Below, piece by piece: positions 17,720-27,699 of a DNA stretch of 62,018 nucleotides. Under the pieces are notes generated by a model, which saw only the letters and a list, made by a program, of their open reading frames with translations, had not been told where the DNA came from and made no database searches. This DNA comes from Anaerolinea thermophila (GTDB taxonomy: Bacteria > Chloroflexota > Anaerolineae > Anaerolineales > Villigracilaceae). The stretch lies in the NCBI GenBank assembly GCA_020722375.1, contig DYKX01000001.1:5243-67260 (forward strand). Reading direction: 5' to 3'. The stretch's first letter is position 1; each line of letters opens with the position of its first letter. The position numbers and the translations under genes were made by a program.

Positions 17720-18958
17720 ATGAAAAAGAAATTCCCCTCTGAACGTGGACAGGCCATCATCATGATCGCGCTGGCCATCCTCGGCCTGCTCGCCCTGACC
17801 GCGCTGGCTATAGACGGTGGCAACGCCTACTCTGAGCGCCGCCGCGCCCAAAACGCCGCGGATACCACCGCGCTGGACGCCGCTCTCGCAAAAGTGCGCG
17901 GCCAAAACATGTACACCGAAGGCTTGGCGCGCGCCGCCAGCAACCACTACGTGGACTCCGACCCGACCGCCGGGCAATCCACCCCCGAAGTGAACGTCGA
18001 GATCTACAACCCGCCCATCAGCGGACCATATACCGGGTATGCCGAATACGTTCAAGTGATCATCACAGCCAGGGTTCCCACCTATTTTGGCCGCGTGATC
18101 GGCATTACCGAAGTAACCAACAGGGTCGAGGCAGTGGCGCGAGCCAAACCGCCTGTTTTCAGTCCCATGTTCGCTGGCAACGCCGTTGTCGGGCTGGCTC
18201 CAGAGGAATGCAAGGCGATCGTCTACCAGGGCAATGCCAACACCACCGTCACAGGCGGCGGCATTTACGTCAGTTCGAATTGCAGTGGTGGCGGGAATCA
18301 GGCGGCCTTCTTCAACAACAGTTCCTCCGCCCAACTCACCGCGCCCTGCCTGCAGGCCGTGGGCGGAATTCAATATGAGCCCGGCGCCATCAACATCCCC
18401 CCGGGTTGCATCATTACCGGTGCGCCCCCCCTGCCTCCTCCTGTGTATCCAAACCCCACTTGTCCGGGACCTGCCGTCGAAAACGGAAATGTCCTCAGCC
18501 CCGGTAACTATTCGGGCACATTCCCGCCCTCCGGGGTGACGCAACTGGAACCGGGTGTTTATTGCGTGGACGGAAACTTCCGTATGAACGCAAGCAACGT
18601 CTTGAACGGCAGCGAAGTAATCATACGCGTTTCCGGCGATGTGCGCTGGAGCGGCGGTGCAACCATCAACTTGAGCGCGCCCACAAGCGGCCCCTTTGCG
18701 GGATTATTGCTCTTCCTGCCCGAGGGAAACACCAACGAAGTGCAAATCAATGGGAACTCCGGTTCTACCTTTACCGGCACCATTCTCGCCCCATCCGCAT
18801 CGGTCTCCATCAACGGGACCGGCGGAGTGACCGGGCTGAACAGCCAGGTGATCGGATACACCGTTAACCTTTCGGGCACAACCAACACCTTTATCAATTA
18901 CAATGCAGGTCAGAACTACCAGGCGCCGGAAAACCCGGCCGTCCAACTTGTTCAATAA
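17720..18958 (+). CDS. TadG-like pseudopilin with a Gly/Asn-rich beta-helix-like C-terminus
   Basis: RGQAI..IAL, IDGG, RRAQNAAD..AL; PGVYC and GTILAP motifs. Confidence 0.85.
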   Translation: MKKKFPSERGQAIIMIALAILGLLALTALAIDGGNAYSERRRAQNAADTTALDAALAKVRGQNMYTEGLARAASNHYVDSDPTAGQSTPEVNVEIYNPPISGPYTGYAEYVQVIITARVPTYFGRVIGITEVTNRVEAVARAKPPVFSPMFAGNAVVGLAPEECKAIVYQGNANTTVTGGGIYVSSNCSGGGNQAAFFNNSSSAQLTAPCLQAVGGIQYEPGAINIPPGCIITGAPPLPPPVYPNPTCPGPAVENGNVLSPGNYSGTFPPSGVTQLEPGVYCVDGNFRMNASNVLNGSEVIIRVSGDVRWSGGATINLSAPTSGPFAGLLLFLPEGNTNEVQINGNSGSTFTGTILAPSASVSINGTGGVTGLNSQVIGYTVNLSGTTNTFINYNAGQNYQAPENPAVQLVQ

Positions 18959-18959
18959 C

Positions 18960-20273
18960 ATGCGAACACCCATCCACACACCCCGTTCGGAACGCGGCCA
19001 GGCAATTGTATTGATTGCCCTCGCCATCGTCGGCCTCATCGCCATCACCGGCCTGGTCGTGGATGGAGGCATGGCCTTTGCCGATCGACGCCAGGCGCAA
19101 AACGCGGCGGATTCGGCCGTCATGGCCGCCTCGCTGGCGCGGGTGCGCGGCGAAAACTATATCCTTGCCGCGAACCAGCAAGCCTCGCAAAACGGATACA
19201 ACAACGACGGCGAGCAGAACGTGGTGGAGGTCCATAACCCGCCTGTCAGTGGACCGTACGCCGGCAACGCCCAGTACATTCAGGTCATCATCACCTCGCG
19301 TCAACGTACCTTCTTCGCATCCGTCATCGGCATTGATGACATCACCAGCACCGTGGAGGCCGTTGCACGCGTCAAGCCCGCGGAATGGAGTCAGATCATG
19401 GGCGGCTACGCCGTGGTCAGTCTCGCTCCGCACAGTGATTGCCAGAACAATAAGGCCTTCTGGGCGCACGGAGAAGCCACCATCGAAATCCAGGGCGGGG
19501 GCATCTGGGTCAATTCCGACCACCCGACCTGCGCCTTTATCCAACAGGGCAATGGGAGCGTGGCATTTGATGATGGCAGTCCGTTCATCGTTGTCGGCGG
19601 CGCCTCCATTCAGAAACCGCAACTGGTCAAGCGGCAAGCCCAGGGCTTCGGCTATATGCAAAGGGCCGAGGGCGGAAGCGTCCCGATGCAACCCATCGTC
19701 GGCGCGGTCCCCCTTCCCTATCCTCCGCCGTTCGTCATGCCCAAGCCTTCCTGCGGCGGAAAACCCGCAAAAGTGAGCGAAGACGGCAGTTCCATGAGCC
19801 CCGGCTATTGGGATGTGGAAAAGGACGAGAAATTTCCGCCCAAAGGCGTCACCACCCTCAAATCAGGTGTGTATTGCATCAATGGCGATGTACGCGTCAA
19901 TGGCGGTGAAACCCTGGAAGGAACGGGTGTACTACTCGTAGTGGAGAATGGCTCGGTACATTTCAGCGGCAGCGCCACCATTGACCTCGGAGCGCCGGGC
20001 GGCGGTCCCTTCCAGGGATTGCTGCTCTACCTCCCGATGTCCAACAGCCAAACCGTCACCCTGAACGGCAATGCGGATTCATCCTTCCGCGGTACCATCC
20101 TTGCGCCCGCCTCGTTGATCCGTCTCAATGGGAACGAGTCTTCGTACGGCTTCCATAGCCAGATCATCGGCCTCTACATCGAACTCTCTGGCACCTCGAA
20201 CATGCTCGTCAAATACATCGACAGCCAGAACTACGACGCGGTCATCAGCCCGGAGATCTATTTCACACAGTAA
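18960..20273 (+). CDS. TadG-like pseudopilin, paralog 2
   Basis: RGQAIVLIAL, VDGG, RQAQNAAD; start reset to MRTP. Confidence 0.85.
   Translation: MRTPIHTPRSERGQAIVLIALAIVGLIAITGLVVDGGMAFADRRQAQNAADSAVMAASLARVRGENYILAANQQASQNGYNNDGEQNVVEVHNPPVSGPYAGNAQYIQVIITSRQRTFFASVIGIDDITSTVEAVARVKPAEWSQIMGGYAVVSLAPHSDCQNNKAFWAHGEATIEIQGGGIWVNSDHPTCAFIQQGNGSVAFDDGSPFIVVGGASIQKPQLVKRQAQGFGYMQRAEGGSVPMQPIVGAVPLPYPPPFVMPKPSCGGKPAKVSEDGSSMSPGYWDVEKDEKFPPKGVTTLKSGVYCINGDVRVNGGETLEGTGVLLVVENGSVHFSGSATIDLGAPGGGPFQGLLLYLPMSNSQTVTLNGNADSSFRGTILAPASLIRLNGNESSYGFHSQIIGLYIELSGTSNMLVKYIDSQNYDAVISPEIYFTQ
20001..20252 (+). repeat. 252-bp direct repeat, copy 1 (tadG 3' end)
   Basis: Matches 23490-23741 with 2 synonymous mismatches seen by eye. 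Confidence 0.95.
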
Positions 20274-20482
20274 GGTATCCGGCCGTCTTATTTCAAATCT
20301 AACCCAACTCGGAGAAACCGAAACCAAAAAGGCTTAACCACGAAGGAACACAAAGGAAATAGGGGCAGGCCCAGATATCTGCCCACGTGTTCCCCGAATC
20401 TCACAATCCCGAAGTTCATTCGGGAGCAACCTGACCTTGGCCTGTTTACCACAAGTCGGTTGGTCGAAATTAGGAGTATAAA

Positions 20483-23290
20483 ATGCACACCAAACACCAA
20501 ATCACATCGACGCGTAAAATACTATATGGGATTATGTTGCTTGGACTGGCTCTTTCTGCTTTTGGCGCTGGGAATTTACCAAGCGTGCGCGCACAGGCGG
20601 CCAGCGTATCCGTAGAAAACAGTCTGGTGTTGGAGACTCTCACCAACGATGATTTCGACACCCCTGTATCCTTCAGCAGCCTGCCATACGAAATCACACA
20701 GGACACTACTACTGCAACCACGAACCCGGACGATCCCGTGTTTCCCTGCGGCAGTTTAAATCAAGGTTCAAATTCGGTTTGGTACAGTTTTACCCCGTCC
20801 GAGAACCTTACGATAACCGCCAAAACCAGCAGCGATCTCACCACCTATGACACCATGCTGGCGCTCTGGAGTGGAACTCGCACCAACCTGACCAATGTGG
20901 CCTGCAATGACGATGCTCAGGTGGGAATCGGATCCGAAATCAGTGCGATCTTGCAGGCTGGCGTAACCTACTATATCGAGGTTGCCGGATTTGATTCCAG
21001 CGCGAGCGCCCCCGCCAAGATTATTCAGAGCAGTGAACTGATGCCATCCGTAGATCTGCTGGCGTCAGGCGGTACGTTGAATTTATCTGTGGATTTCGGT
21101 TGCCCCGGCGAACCTAATGATCCAATGATTACTACGCGAGACAACCAGAACAACGCAGGCACCGGCAATCGCGACTGCGACATGGACACCTATCTTTACA
21201 ATAATTCCTTGATTCAGCCAATTGAATTCAGCATTGATGTTCCAAGCGTGTCCGGTATCACAAGTGCGGAATTGTTGCTTCTAAACTGGGATGTGGATGA
21301 GAACTCCGGCGAAGTGGATAATGTGTATTTTAACGGAAACTACGCGGGTATCCTGGTTGGCGCCGATGACGCCTGGTCCACAACCACTCTCACGATTGAC
21401 CCGGCCTGGGTCGTGGCCGGCGATAACCTGGTACGCATTGACGTTGATACCACCAACATTAACCGGGCGGTCAAAACAGACTGGGGACAATTGGTATTCA
21501 ATGGTCGGGAAGACACTGCAACCATCCGCACAGCGACTCTTGACAGAGTTGCTTATTCTCCTGGAAACGTTATAAATACCACTGTAGAAGTTGATACATA
21601 CCCTGCCCCCTCCCAAGCGTTACGCACGGAAGTCAACTTGCGCAACGCGGCTGGTCAAATCCTGGCAGGAACGAGCACCGAACACACGGCGCTCGCCAAG
21701 ACCGATGATCCCATCTCGGTGAATTTAACTGTCCCGGAAAGCGCTCCGCTTGGTACCTATAACATTCAAATACTGGTGTACGATCTCACGTCCAGTGTGA
21801 TTCAAGATTCCGAAGTACTGCCTTTTGAAGTACAAAGCCCCAACGGGGAATTACTCTTCCCGGCCAATGGGTCGACTCTGCTCAACAACCGACCAACCTT
21901 CGACTGGAATAATATCCCCGGCGCCATTGGATACAATATCCAGGTCGCCAAAAACAGCGCCTTTACCCTGCTCGTCAGCAACGTCACCCTGACTGGTGCA
22001 ACAAACTCCAGTTATACCCCTACCGTAAATTTGGCGGCAAAGACCATCATGTACTGGCGGATACGCGCCAAACTCACAGCAACCACCTACGGGCCCTGGT
22101 CGGAGGTTTGGTCATTTACCACTGGTAATCCGCCCCCGCCACCATTGCTGACAGCCCCTGCCGCCAACACACTCGTCACTGCCTTGACGGTAAAATTGGA
22201 CTGGAAGGATGTAGTCATGCCAAGCGGGACTACCTTCCAGAAATACGAAGTGCAGATGGCTACCGATGCCGCCTTCACAATTGGCGCAAGCCTTACCGAC
22301 ACACCCATCTCCGAACTTACCACGTCCGAGCTTACGCCCAACACAAAGTACTACTGGCGAGTGCGGATCTACGATACATTAGGGCAATACAGCAACTGGT
22401 CAATCCCCCGTTATTTCCGCGCCGCCCTTTCTGCGCCCAATTCCCTGACCCCTGGTTCTCCTACTTCAGCGGAACAATTGTTCACAGATCGTCCCACTTT
22501 CACTTGGGACGCGGTGGCGGGAGCCGCCAGCTATACAGTGGAAGTATCCAAGTCGAACACTTTTGCCACCAAGGTCATCAACGCAACAGCCACTACTAAT
22601 TCCTACACCCACACCATTGATCTGGCTCCTAACACATCCTTCTTTTGGCGGGTAAAAGCCAATGGGACAAACGGTCCCAGCCTATATTCACAGATGCGGA
22701 TGTTCCGAACCGCTAATCCGCCTTCTGCGCCCACGTTGGCTGCTCCTGCCGCCAATGCTCTCATTACCACCACCACGCCACTTTTGAACTGGAACAACTC
22801 CACTGTCCCGACCGGGACAACCTTCCGATGGTATGAGATCCAAGTTGATACCAGCAACACGTTTGACGGCGCGGTCAGCGCCTACACCACTGAGCTCGAT
22901 TTGAACAACTCGCAATACACCCCCGATCCCCTGCTGAACGGCGTCACCTATTACTGGCGCGTCCGGTCAATCAACACCGCCAATGAATTCAGCGGCTGGT
23001 CGCTAGTACGAAGTTTCCGCGTAATCTATGCTGGCCCCACCAACCTCAATGTGACAACCGCCCTCAAACCAGTATTTACTTGGGACCCAATTGTTGGCGC
23101 GATATCCTACACTATTCAAGTCTCAAAGAACAACGCTTTCACATTGTTGGTTGTCAATAAGACTGTTTACACCGCGACCTACACGCAACTTACCAACCTG
23201 CTGGCTGGCACTCCCTATTACTGGCGAGTGCGCGCCAACGGAGCATACGGCCCAGGCCTTTGGTCATCAGCCACATTTACCACACCATAA
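20483..23290 (+). CDS. Secreted 935-aa surface protein with five C-terminal FN3/Ig-like repeats
   Basis: Signal peptide ending VRA-Q; repeats of P.F.W...Y..QV....F...YYWRVRA...S.WS...F. Confidence 0.8.
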   Translation: MHTKHQITSTRKILYGIMLLGLALSAFGAGNLPSVRAQAASVSVENSLVLETLTNDDFDTPVSFSSLPYEITQDTTTATTNPDDPVFPCGSLNQGSNSVWYSFTPSENLTITAKTSSDLTTYDTMLALWSGTRTNLTNVACNDDAQVGIGSEISAILQAGVTYYIEVAGFDSSASAPAKIIQSSELMPSVDLLASGGTLNLSVDFGCPGEPNDPMITTRDNQNNAGTGNRDCDMDTYLYNNSLIQPIEFSIDVPSVSGITSAELLLLNWDVDENSGEVDNVYFNGNYAGILVGADDAWSTTTLTIDPAWVVAGDNLVRIDVDTTNINRAVKTDWGQLVFNGREDTATIRTATLDRVAYSPGNVINTTVEVDTYPAPSQALRTEVNLRNAAGQILAGTSTEHTALAKTDDPISVNLTVPESAPLGTYNIQILVYDLTSSVIQDSEVLPFEVQSPNGELLFPANGSTLLNNRPTFDWNNIPGAIGYNIQVAKNSAFTLLVSNVTLTGATNSSYTPTVNLAAKTIMYWRIRAKLTATTYGPWSEVWSFTTGNPPPPPLLTAPAANTLVTALTVKLDWKDVVMPSGTTFQKYEVQMATDAAFTIGASLTDTPISELTTSELTPNTKYYWRVRIYDTLGQYSNWSIPRYFRAALSAPNSLTPGSPTSAEQLFTDRPTFTWDAVAGAASYTVEVSKSNTFATKVINATATTNSYTHTIDLAPNTSFFWRVKANGTNGPSLYSQMRMFRTANPPSAPTLAAPAANALITTTTPLLNWNNSTVPTGTTFRWYEIQVDTSNTFDGAVSAYTTELDLNNSQYTPDPLLNGVTYYWRVRSINTANEFSGWSLVRSFRVIYAGPTNLNVTTALKPVFTWDPIVGAISYTIQVSKNNAFTLLVVNKTVYTATYTQLTNLLAGTPYYWRVRANGAYGPGLWSSATFTTP

Positions 23291-23296
23291 ATCACT

Positions 23297-23489
23297 GTGA
23301 CATGGTTATGGACGAGGAACGTTGGCAGGAGGAGGATGGCATGGACGGCCGCGCTCAATCCAAATAGCATCGCAACGGATTGGAGGAAATCGTTCAGCGG
23401 CGGGGCGACGGTGGCGAGCATCCACGGGCCTGCGATCAGCGCCAGTGCGAGGATGCCAGCCACCCACACCGCGAGCGGAGTCCACGCGT
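23297..23489 (-). pseudogene. Internal fragment of an unrelated membrane-protein gene
   Basis: AWTPLAVWVAGILALALIAGPW...LFGLSAAVHAILLLP: two TM-like segments, GC-rich codons, no proper start or stop. Confidence 0.5.
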
Positions 23490-23762
23490 GGCGGTCCTTT
23501 CCAGGGACTGCTGCTCTACCTCCCGATGTCCAACAGCCAAACCGTCACCCTGAACGGCAATGCGGATTCATCCTTCCGCGGTACCATCCTTGCGCCCGCC
23601 TCGTTGATCCGTCTCAATGGGAACGAGTCTTCGTACGGCTTCCATAGCCAGATCATCGGCCTCTACATCGAACTCTCTGGCACCTCGAACATGCTCGTCA
23701 AATACATCGACAGCCAGAACTACGACGCGGTCATCAGCCCGTCTGTGGAAATCAGCCAGTAG
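23490..23762 (+). pseudogene. Promoterless duplicate of the tadG 3' end (repeat copy 2) with alternative tail SVEISQ*
   Basis: Near-identical to 20001-20252, then diverges for the last 6 codons. Confidence 0.9.
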
Positions 23763-23927
23763 GCAGAAAACGCAACCCGCAACCGGCCGAACCTCCGGCC
23801 GGTTTCCGTTTAAGTGGTTTACACAACCCCGCGCTCTTCCCCTCATCAAGCACAAGGTACGAATGAGTGCGGTATAATCCCGCCCGCACAATTCTTACCA
23901 AGGAGGTTGCCTGACAAAATTCACCGG

Positions 23928-24165
23928 GAAAGAGCGCATGGACTCGTTTGACAGATGATCAGTCAACGAGTTGACGAGGAAGAGGGTTCTCCATCGCGGG
24001 ATGGAGCCAATCGTTGTAGCGTAAATCGCTGATTTGCGCCACGCGAAAAAATCGAACGATCAGCGGATGCCCTCCGGGCCAGCCAGGCCCGATACCTTTC
24101 CCTCCAGTACAAAATTTTCGCGAACAACGCCACACGGGCGACCATGCGGACAAAACGCGGAGAAT
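23928..24165 (+). ncRNA. glmS ribozyme (GlcN6P-activated), with insertions
   Basis: A^GCGCATGGACT...AGTTGACGAGG core, GAGGG...GCGGATGCCCTC-CGG, ACAAA...GGCGAC...ACAAAA; lies directly upstream of glmS. Confidence 0.88.
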
Positions 24166-24171
24166 GGCAGG

Positions 24172-24240
24172 CAAGAGAATAGAGAACAGAGAGTAGAGAT
24201 TCGTGACTACTCTCCTATTTGCTACTCTCTAATCATCTAA
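24172..24240. repeat. Inverted heptamer arrays (AGAGAAT-like / CTACTCT-like) in the glmS leader
   Basis: agagaat agagaac agagagt agagatt ... tactctc ... tactctc. Confidence 0.75.
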
Positions 24241-24253
24241 CCTGGAGGAACCC

Positions 24254-26095
24254 ATGTGTGGAATCGTCGGATACATCGGCGGTCGCGACGCGACTCCGAT
24301 CATTTACAACGGCTTGAAACGGCTGGAATACCGCGGCTACGATTCAGCGGGCATTGCCGTCCTGCAAAATGAACAGATCGAAGTCCGCCGCGAAGCAGGC
24401 AAGTTGTCGGCGCTGGGCAACCTGCTGCAAAAATCCCCCATTGAAGGCAGTCTCGGAATCGGTCACACCCGCTGGGCCACGCACGGCGCGCCCAGTGCGC
24501 GCAACGCGCATCCGCATGTCGGGCGGACGGGACGCGTGGTCGTCGTGCAGAACGGCATCGTGGAGAATTTCCTCGAACTGCGCGATGAACTTTCCGCGGA
24601 GGGCGTGGAATTCAAATCGGATACCGACACAGAAACCATCGTCCATCTCGTGGAGCATTACCTCGCCAGCGGCCTGAACCTGGTGGAAGCCGCGCGCAAA
24701 ACCTTCCAACACATCCAGGGTGCGAATGTGGTCGTGCTGATGTCCGCAGACGAACCCGACAAGATCGTCACCGCGCGCATCGGCAACGCGGGCGGTGTGG
24801 TCATCGGCTTTGGCGAGGAGGAAATGTTCGTCGCCTCCGACGTGCCAGCCATTTTGGAACACACGCGCCGCGTCGTCTTTTTGGAGTCGCGCCAGATGGC
24901 AGTGGTGACGCGAAACGGCGCGAGTGTGGAAACGCTCGAAGGAAGCCGCGTCCAGCCCGAGGTCCATGTAGTGGCGTGGGATCCCGTCGCAGCGGAGAAA
25001 GGCGCGTACCGTCACTTCATGCAGAAGGAGATCCACGAACAAGTCCGCGCGCTGACCGACACCCTGGCAGGCCGCGTAGACTTCGAACGCGGAAAAATCC
25101 GCCTGCCCGATTTAAATCTCACGCCCGAACTGGCGAAACGGATTGACAAGATTTACATCACGGCTTGCGGCACCGCGGCCTACGCGGGCATGGTTGGAAA
25201 AACGCTCATCGAGAAAATTGCGCGCGTGCCTGCGGAAGTGGTGATCGGCTCCGAGTTCCGTTACAGCGACCCCATCATTGACGAGCGGACGGCGGTGCTG
25301 GCCATTTCGCAATCGGGCGAGACCGCCGACACGCTGGCCGCGATGGAGGAGGGACGACGGAAGGGCGCGGTGGTGTGGAGCATCGTGAATGCGATTGGCT
25401 CGCAGGCGATGAGGATCGCGGACGGGTCCATCTCGATGCAAACGGGACCCGAGATCGGGGTGGCCTCGACGAAGGCATTCACCGCCCCGCTGGTGGACCA
25501 GTACATGCTGGCGATCCTTCTCGCGGACCTGCGCGGCGTTCTGGACGAGAAGACGCGTCACGCACTCGTTTCGGACCTGCGCCTCATCCCCGACCTGGCG
25601 GGTCGCACGCTCGAACGCGAAGCCGACGTAGAGAAACTGGCATACGCGTTGAAAGATATAAAAGGTTGTCTGTATCTGGGCCGCGGCATCAACATGCCCA
25701 TCGCGTACGAGGGCGCGTTGAAGTTGAAGGAGATTTCCTACATCCACGCCGAGGGCTATCCCGCGGGCGAGATGAAACACGGCCCCATCGCGCTGATTGA
25801 CGAAGAAATGCCCGTACTGTGCCTCGCTCCCAAAGACCCCTGGCACGAGAAGATGATCTCGCAGATCCAGCAGGCCAAAGCGCGCGGCGGGATGGTGGCC
25901 GCGGTAGCCACCGACGGCGACGAACTGGTGGCCTCGATGGCCGACCATGTGTTATGGGTTCCCGAAGCGCCGTGGATGCTCTCTCCGATCATCACCGTCC
26001 TGCCCTTGCAACTGCTGGCGTATCACATTGCCGCCATCCGCGGCCTGGATGTGGATCAGCCGCGAAATCTGGCTAAATCAGTAACTGTAGAGTAA
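24254..26095 (+). CDS. glmS: Glutamine--fructose-6-phosphate transaminase (isomerizing)
   Basis: MCGIVG, RLEYRGYDSAG, GHTRWATHG, SQSGETADT, PRNLAKSVTVE. Confidence 0.98.
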   Translation: MCGIVGYIGGRDATPIIYNGLKRLEYRGYDSAGIAVLQNEQIEVRREAGKLSALGNLLQKSPIEGSLGIGHTRWATHGAPSARNAHPHVGRTGRVVVVQNGIVENFLELRDELSAEGVEFKSDTDTETIVHLVEHYLASGLNLVEAARKTFQHIQGANVVVLMSADEPDKIVTARIGNAGGVVIGFGEEEMFVASDVPAILEHTRRVVFLESRQMAVVTRNGASVETLEGSRVQPEVHVVAWDPVAAEKGAYRHFMQKEIHEQVRALTDTLAGRVDFERGKIRLPDLNLTPELAKRIDKIYITACGTAAYAGMVGKTLIEKIARVPAEVVIGSEFRYSDPIIDERTAVLAISQSGETADTLAAMEEGRRKGAVVWSIVNAIGSQAMRIADGSISMQTGPEIGVASTKAFTAPLVDQYMLAILLADLRGVLDEKTRHALVSDLRLIPDLAGRTLEREADVEKLAYALKDIKGCLYLGRGINMPIAYEGALKLKEISYIHAEGYPAGEMKHGPIALIDEEMPVLCLAPKDPWHEKMISQIQQAKARGGMVAAVATDGDELVASMADHVLWVPEAPWMLSPIITVLPLQLLAYHIAAIRGLDVDQPRNLAKSVTVE

Positions 26096-26112
26096 TTTGA
26101 GCGCACATCGCC

Positions 26113-26142
26113 AACGCCCTCGGTCAACCGAGGGCGTTTTTT
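26113..26142 (+). terminator. Intrinsic terminator
   Basis: AACGCCCTCGG-TCAA-CCGAGGGCGTT-TTTT. Confidence 0.85.
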
Positions 26143-26267
26143 GTCAATATAAGACGTCTGACACCCACCAAAGATACTATCCTTTCAAAAATGTCTATGG
26201 AACTGATGGTTTTCTTGCTATAATTGTTACAAATTGTTTTTTTCTTTGTTCCAAACAAGAGGTTCTT

Positions 26268-27479
26268 ATGATTTTCAAAAAGCACGAAAAAGGTCAGGCG
26301 CTCATTCTGATCGTGCTGGCAATTGTCGGCATGATCGGCCTGACAGCCGCAGCAGTAGACGGCGGGATGGCCTACTCGGAACGGCGCCAGGCCCAAAACA
26401 CAGCCGATTCCGCCGCGTTGGATGCCGCCCTGGCGTTGATTCGCGGTGGAAGCTGGCAGAGCGAAGGGCTGGCACGCGCCGCCAGCAACGGTTTCGATAA
26501 CAACGGAACCACCAATACGGTGGCGGTCAACAATCCGCCGACCACGGGGTGTAATGGCACGGGCAGTCCCTACACAGGCAATGTTCAATACGTGCAGGTG
26601 GTCATTCGCCTATCCACACAAACATACTTTGGCCCCGTCGTTGGAATCAACGAAGTCAACAACTGCGTGGAGGCAATTGCGCGCGCAAAGCCGGCGGAGA
26701 CTCAGCCAATGGTTTTTGGCAATGCGATTGTGGCCTTAAAACCGAACGGTACGAGCACATTCTGGATGCACGGCAATCCCAGCATGACCGCCATCGGCGG
26801 CGGTGTGTTTGTCAATTCATCCACCAATTGCGGATTTACCAGCAACGGCGTGCCCGACCTGACCACTCCCAATATCACCATGGTGGCGGCAGATTCCTGC
26901 CCAACAATGGCGGGCGTGGGAATTACATACAACGCCCCACAGATGCCCTACCCACCCAACAATCTCCCCAACCCGGTTTGTAGCGGAAATGCTGTTAAAA
27001 ACGGCAACACGCTCAACCCCGGCACGGTCAACGGCAGTTTTCCACCCAGTGGTGTGACGGTGCTAAATCCCGGTGTGTACTGCGTCAATGGCAGTTTCAC
27101 TTTGAACGGTAACGACACCTTGAGCGGAAGCGAAGTGGTGATCGTCATGAATTCGGGCAATATCCGCTGGAACGGCAACGGATCGCTGAATCTGTCAGCG
27201 CCGACCAGCGGCCCCTTCAAAGGATTGCTCATTTACTTCCCCATGAGCAACTCCAGCGAAATCCGCATCAACGGTACAAATGACCAATCGTGGACGGGAA
27301 CCATCCTTGCGCCAGCCTCCCCCATCGTCATGCTGGGAACCGCCGACTCAGATGCGTACCACAGCCAGATCATCGGTTACACGGTTGAAATTGGCGGTAC
27401 GTTTGACGGGGTCGTCCGTTACAACGACAACGAAAACTACGATGCCCTTGTCCCGCCGCAGATTGAGTTGACGCGGTAA
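26268..27479 (+). CDS. TadG-like pseudopilin, paralog 3
   Basis: KGQALILIVL, VDGG, RQAQNTAD; collinear with 17720-18958; start reset to MIFKK. Confidence 0.85.
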   Translation: MIFKKHEKGQALILIVLAIVGMIGLTAAAVDGGMAYSERRQAQNTADSAALDAALALIRGGSWQSEGLARAASNGFDNNGTTNTVAVNNPPTTGCNGTGSPYTGNVQYVQVVIRLSTQTYFGPVVGINEVNNCVEAIARAKPAETQPMVFGNAIVALKPNGTSTFWMHGNPSMTAIGGGVFVNSSTNCGFTSNGVPDLTTPNITMVAADSCPTMAGVGITYNAPQMPYPPNNLPNPVCSGNAVKNGNTLNPGTVNGSFPPSGVTVLNPGVYCVNGSFTLNGNDTLSGSEVVIVMNSGNIRWNGNGSLNLSAPTSGPFKGLLIYFPMSNSSEIRINGTNDQSWTGTILAPASPIVMLGTADSDAYHSQIIGYTVEIGGTFDGVVRYNDNENYDALVPPQIELTR

Positions 27480-27497
27480 CATCCCAAAACGACACTG

Positions 27498-27532
27498 AAA
27501 AGGAAGATTGCGTGCGGCAGTCTTCCTTTTTT
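27498..27532 (+). terminator. Intrinsic terminator
   Basis: AAAAGGAAGATTGC...GCAGTCTTCCTTTTTT. Confidence 0.8.
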
Positions 27533-27580
27533 GTTGTATGCAATCCAGATTAATGTTTGATTAGAGGTAGGGCAACCCAC

Positions 27581-27609
27581 TTGACTTTGCCTCTCAAATT
27601 TTGTATAGT
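27581..27609 (+). promoter_or_regulatory. Sigma70 promoter of the ABC operon
   Basis: TTGACT-17 bp-TATAGT. Confidence 0.7.
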
Positions 27610-27699
27610 ACTTTCGATGAACCCCACATTCTAAACGGCACGGCCAATCCCTTTTGGCGTGCCGTTTGTTTCGCTCATTTCACGGGGCGAGGAGTATCC

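Noticed and set aside
20274-23489. Prophage or IS-type mobile element
   Set aside because: No integrase, transposase or terminal inverted repeats are recognisable.
20001-23741. Diversity-generating retroelement template/variable repeat pair
   Set aside because: The two mismatches are synonymous C/T changes rather than adenine-specific on the coding strand, and there is no reverse transcriptase in the window.
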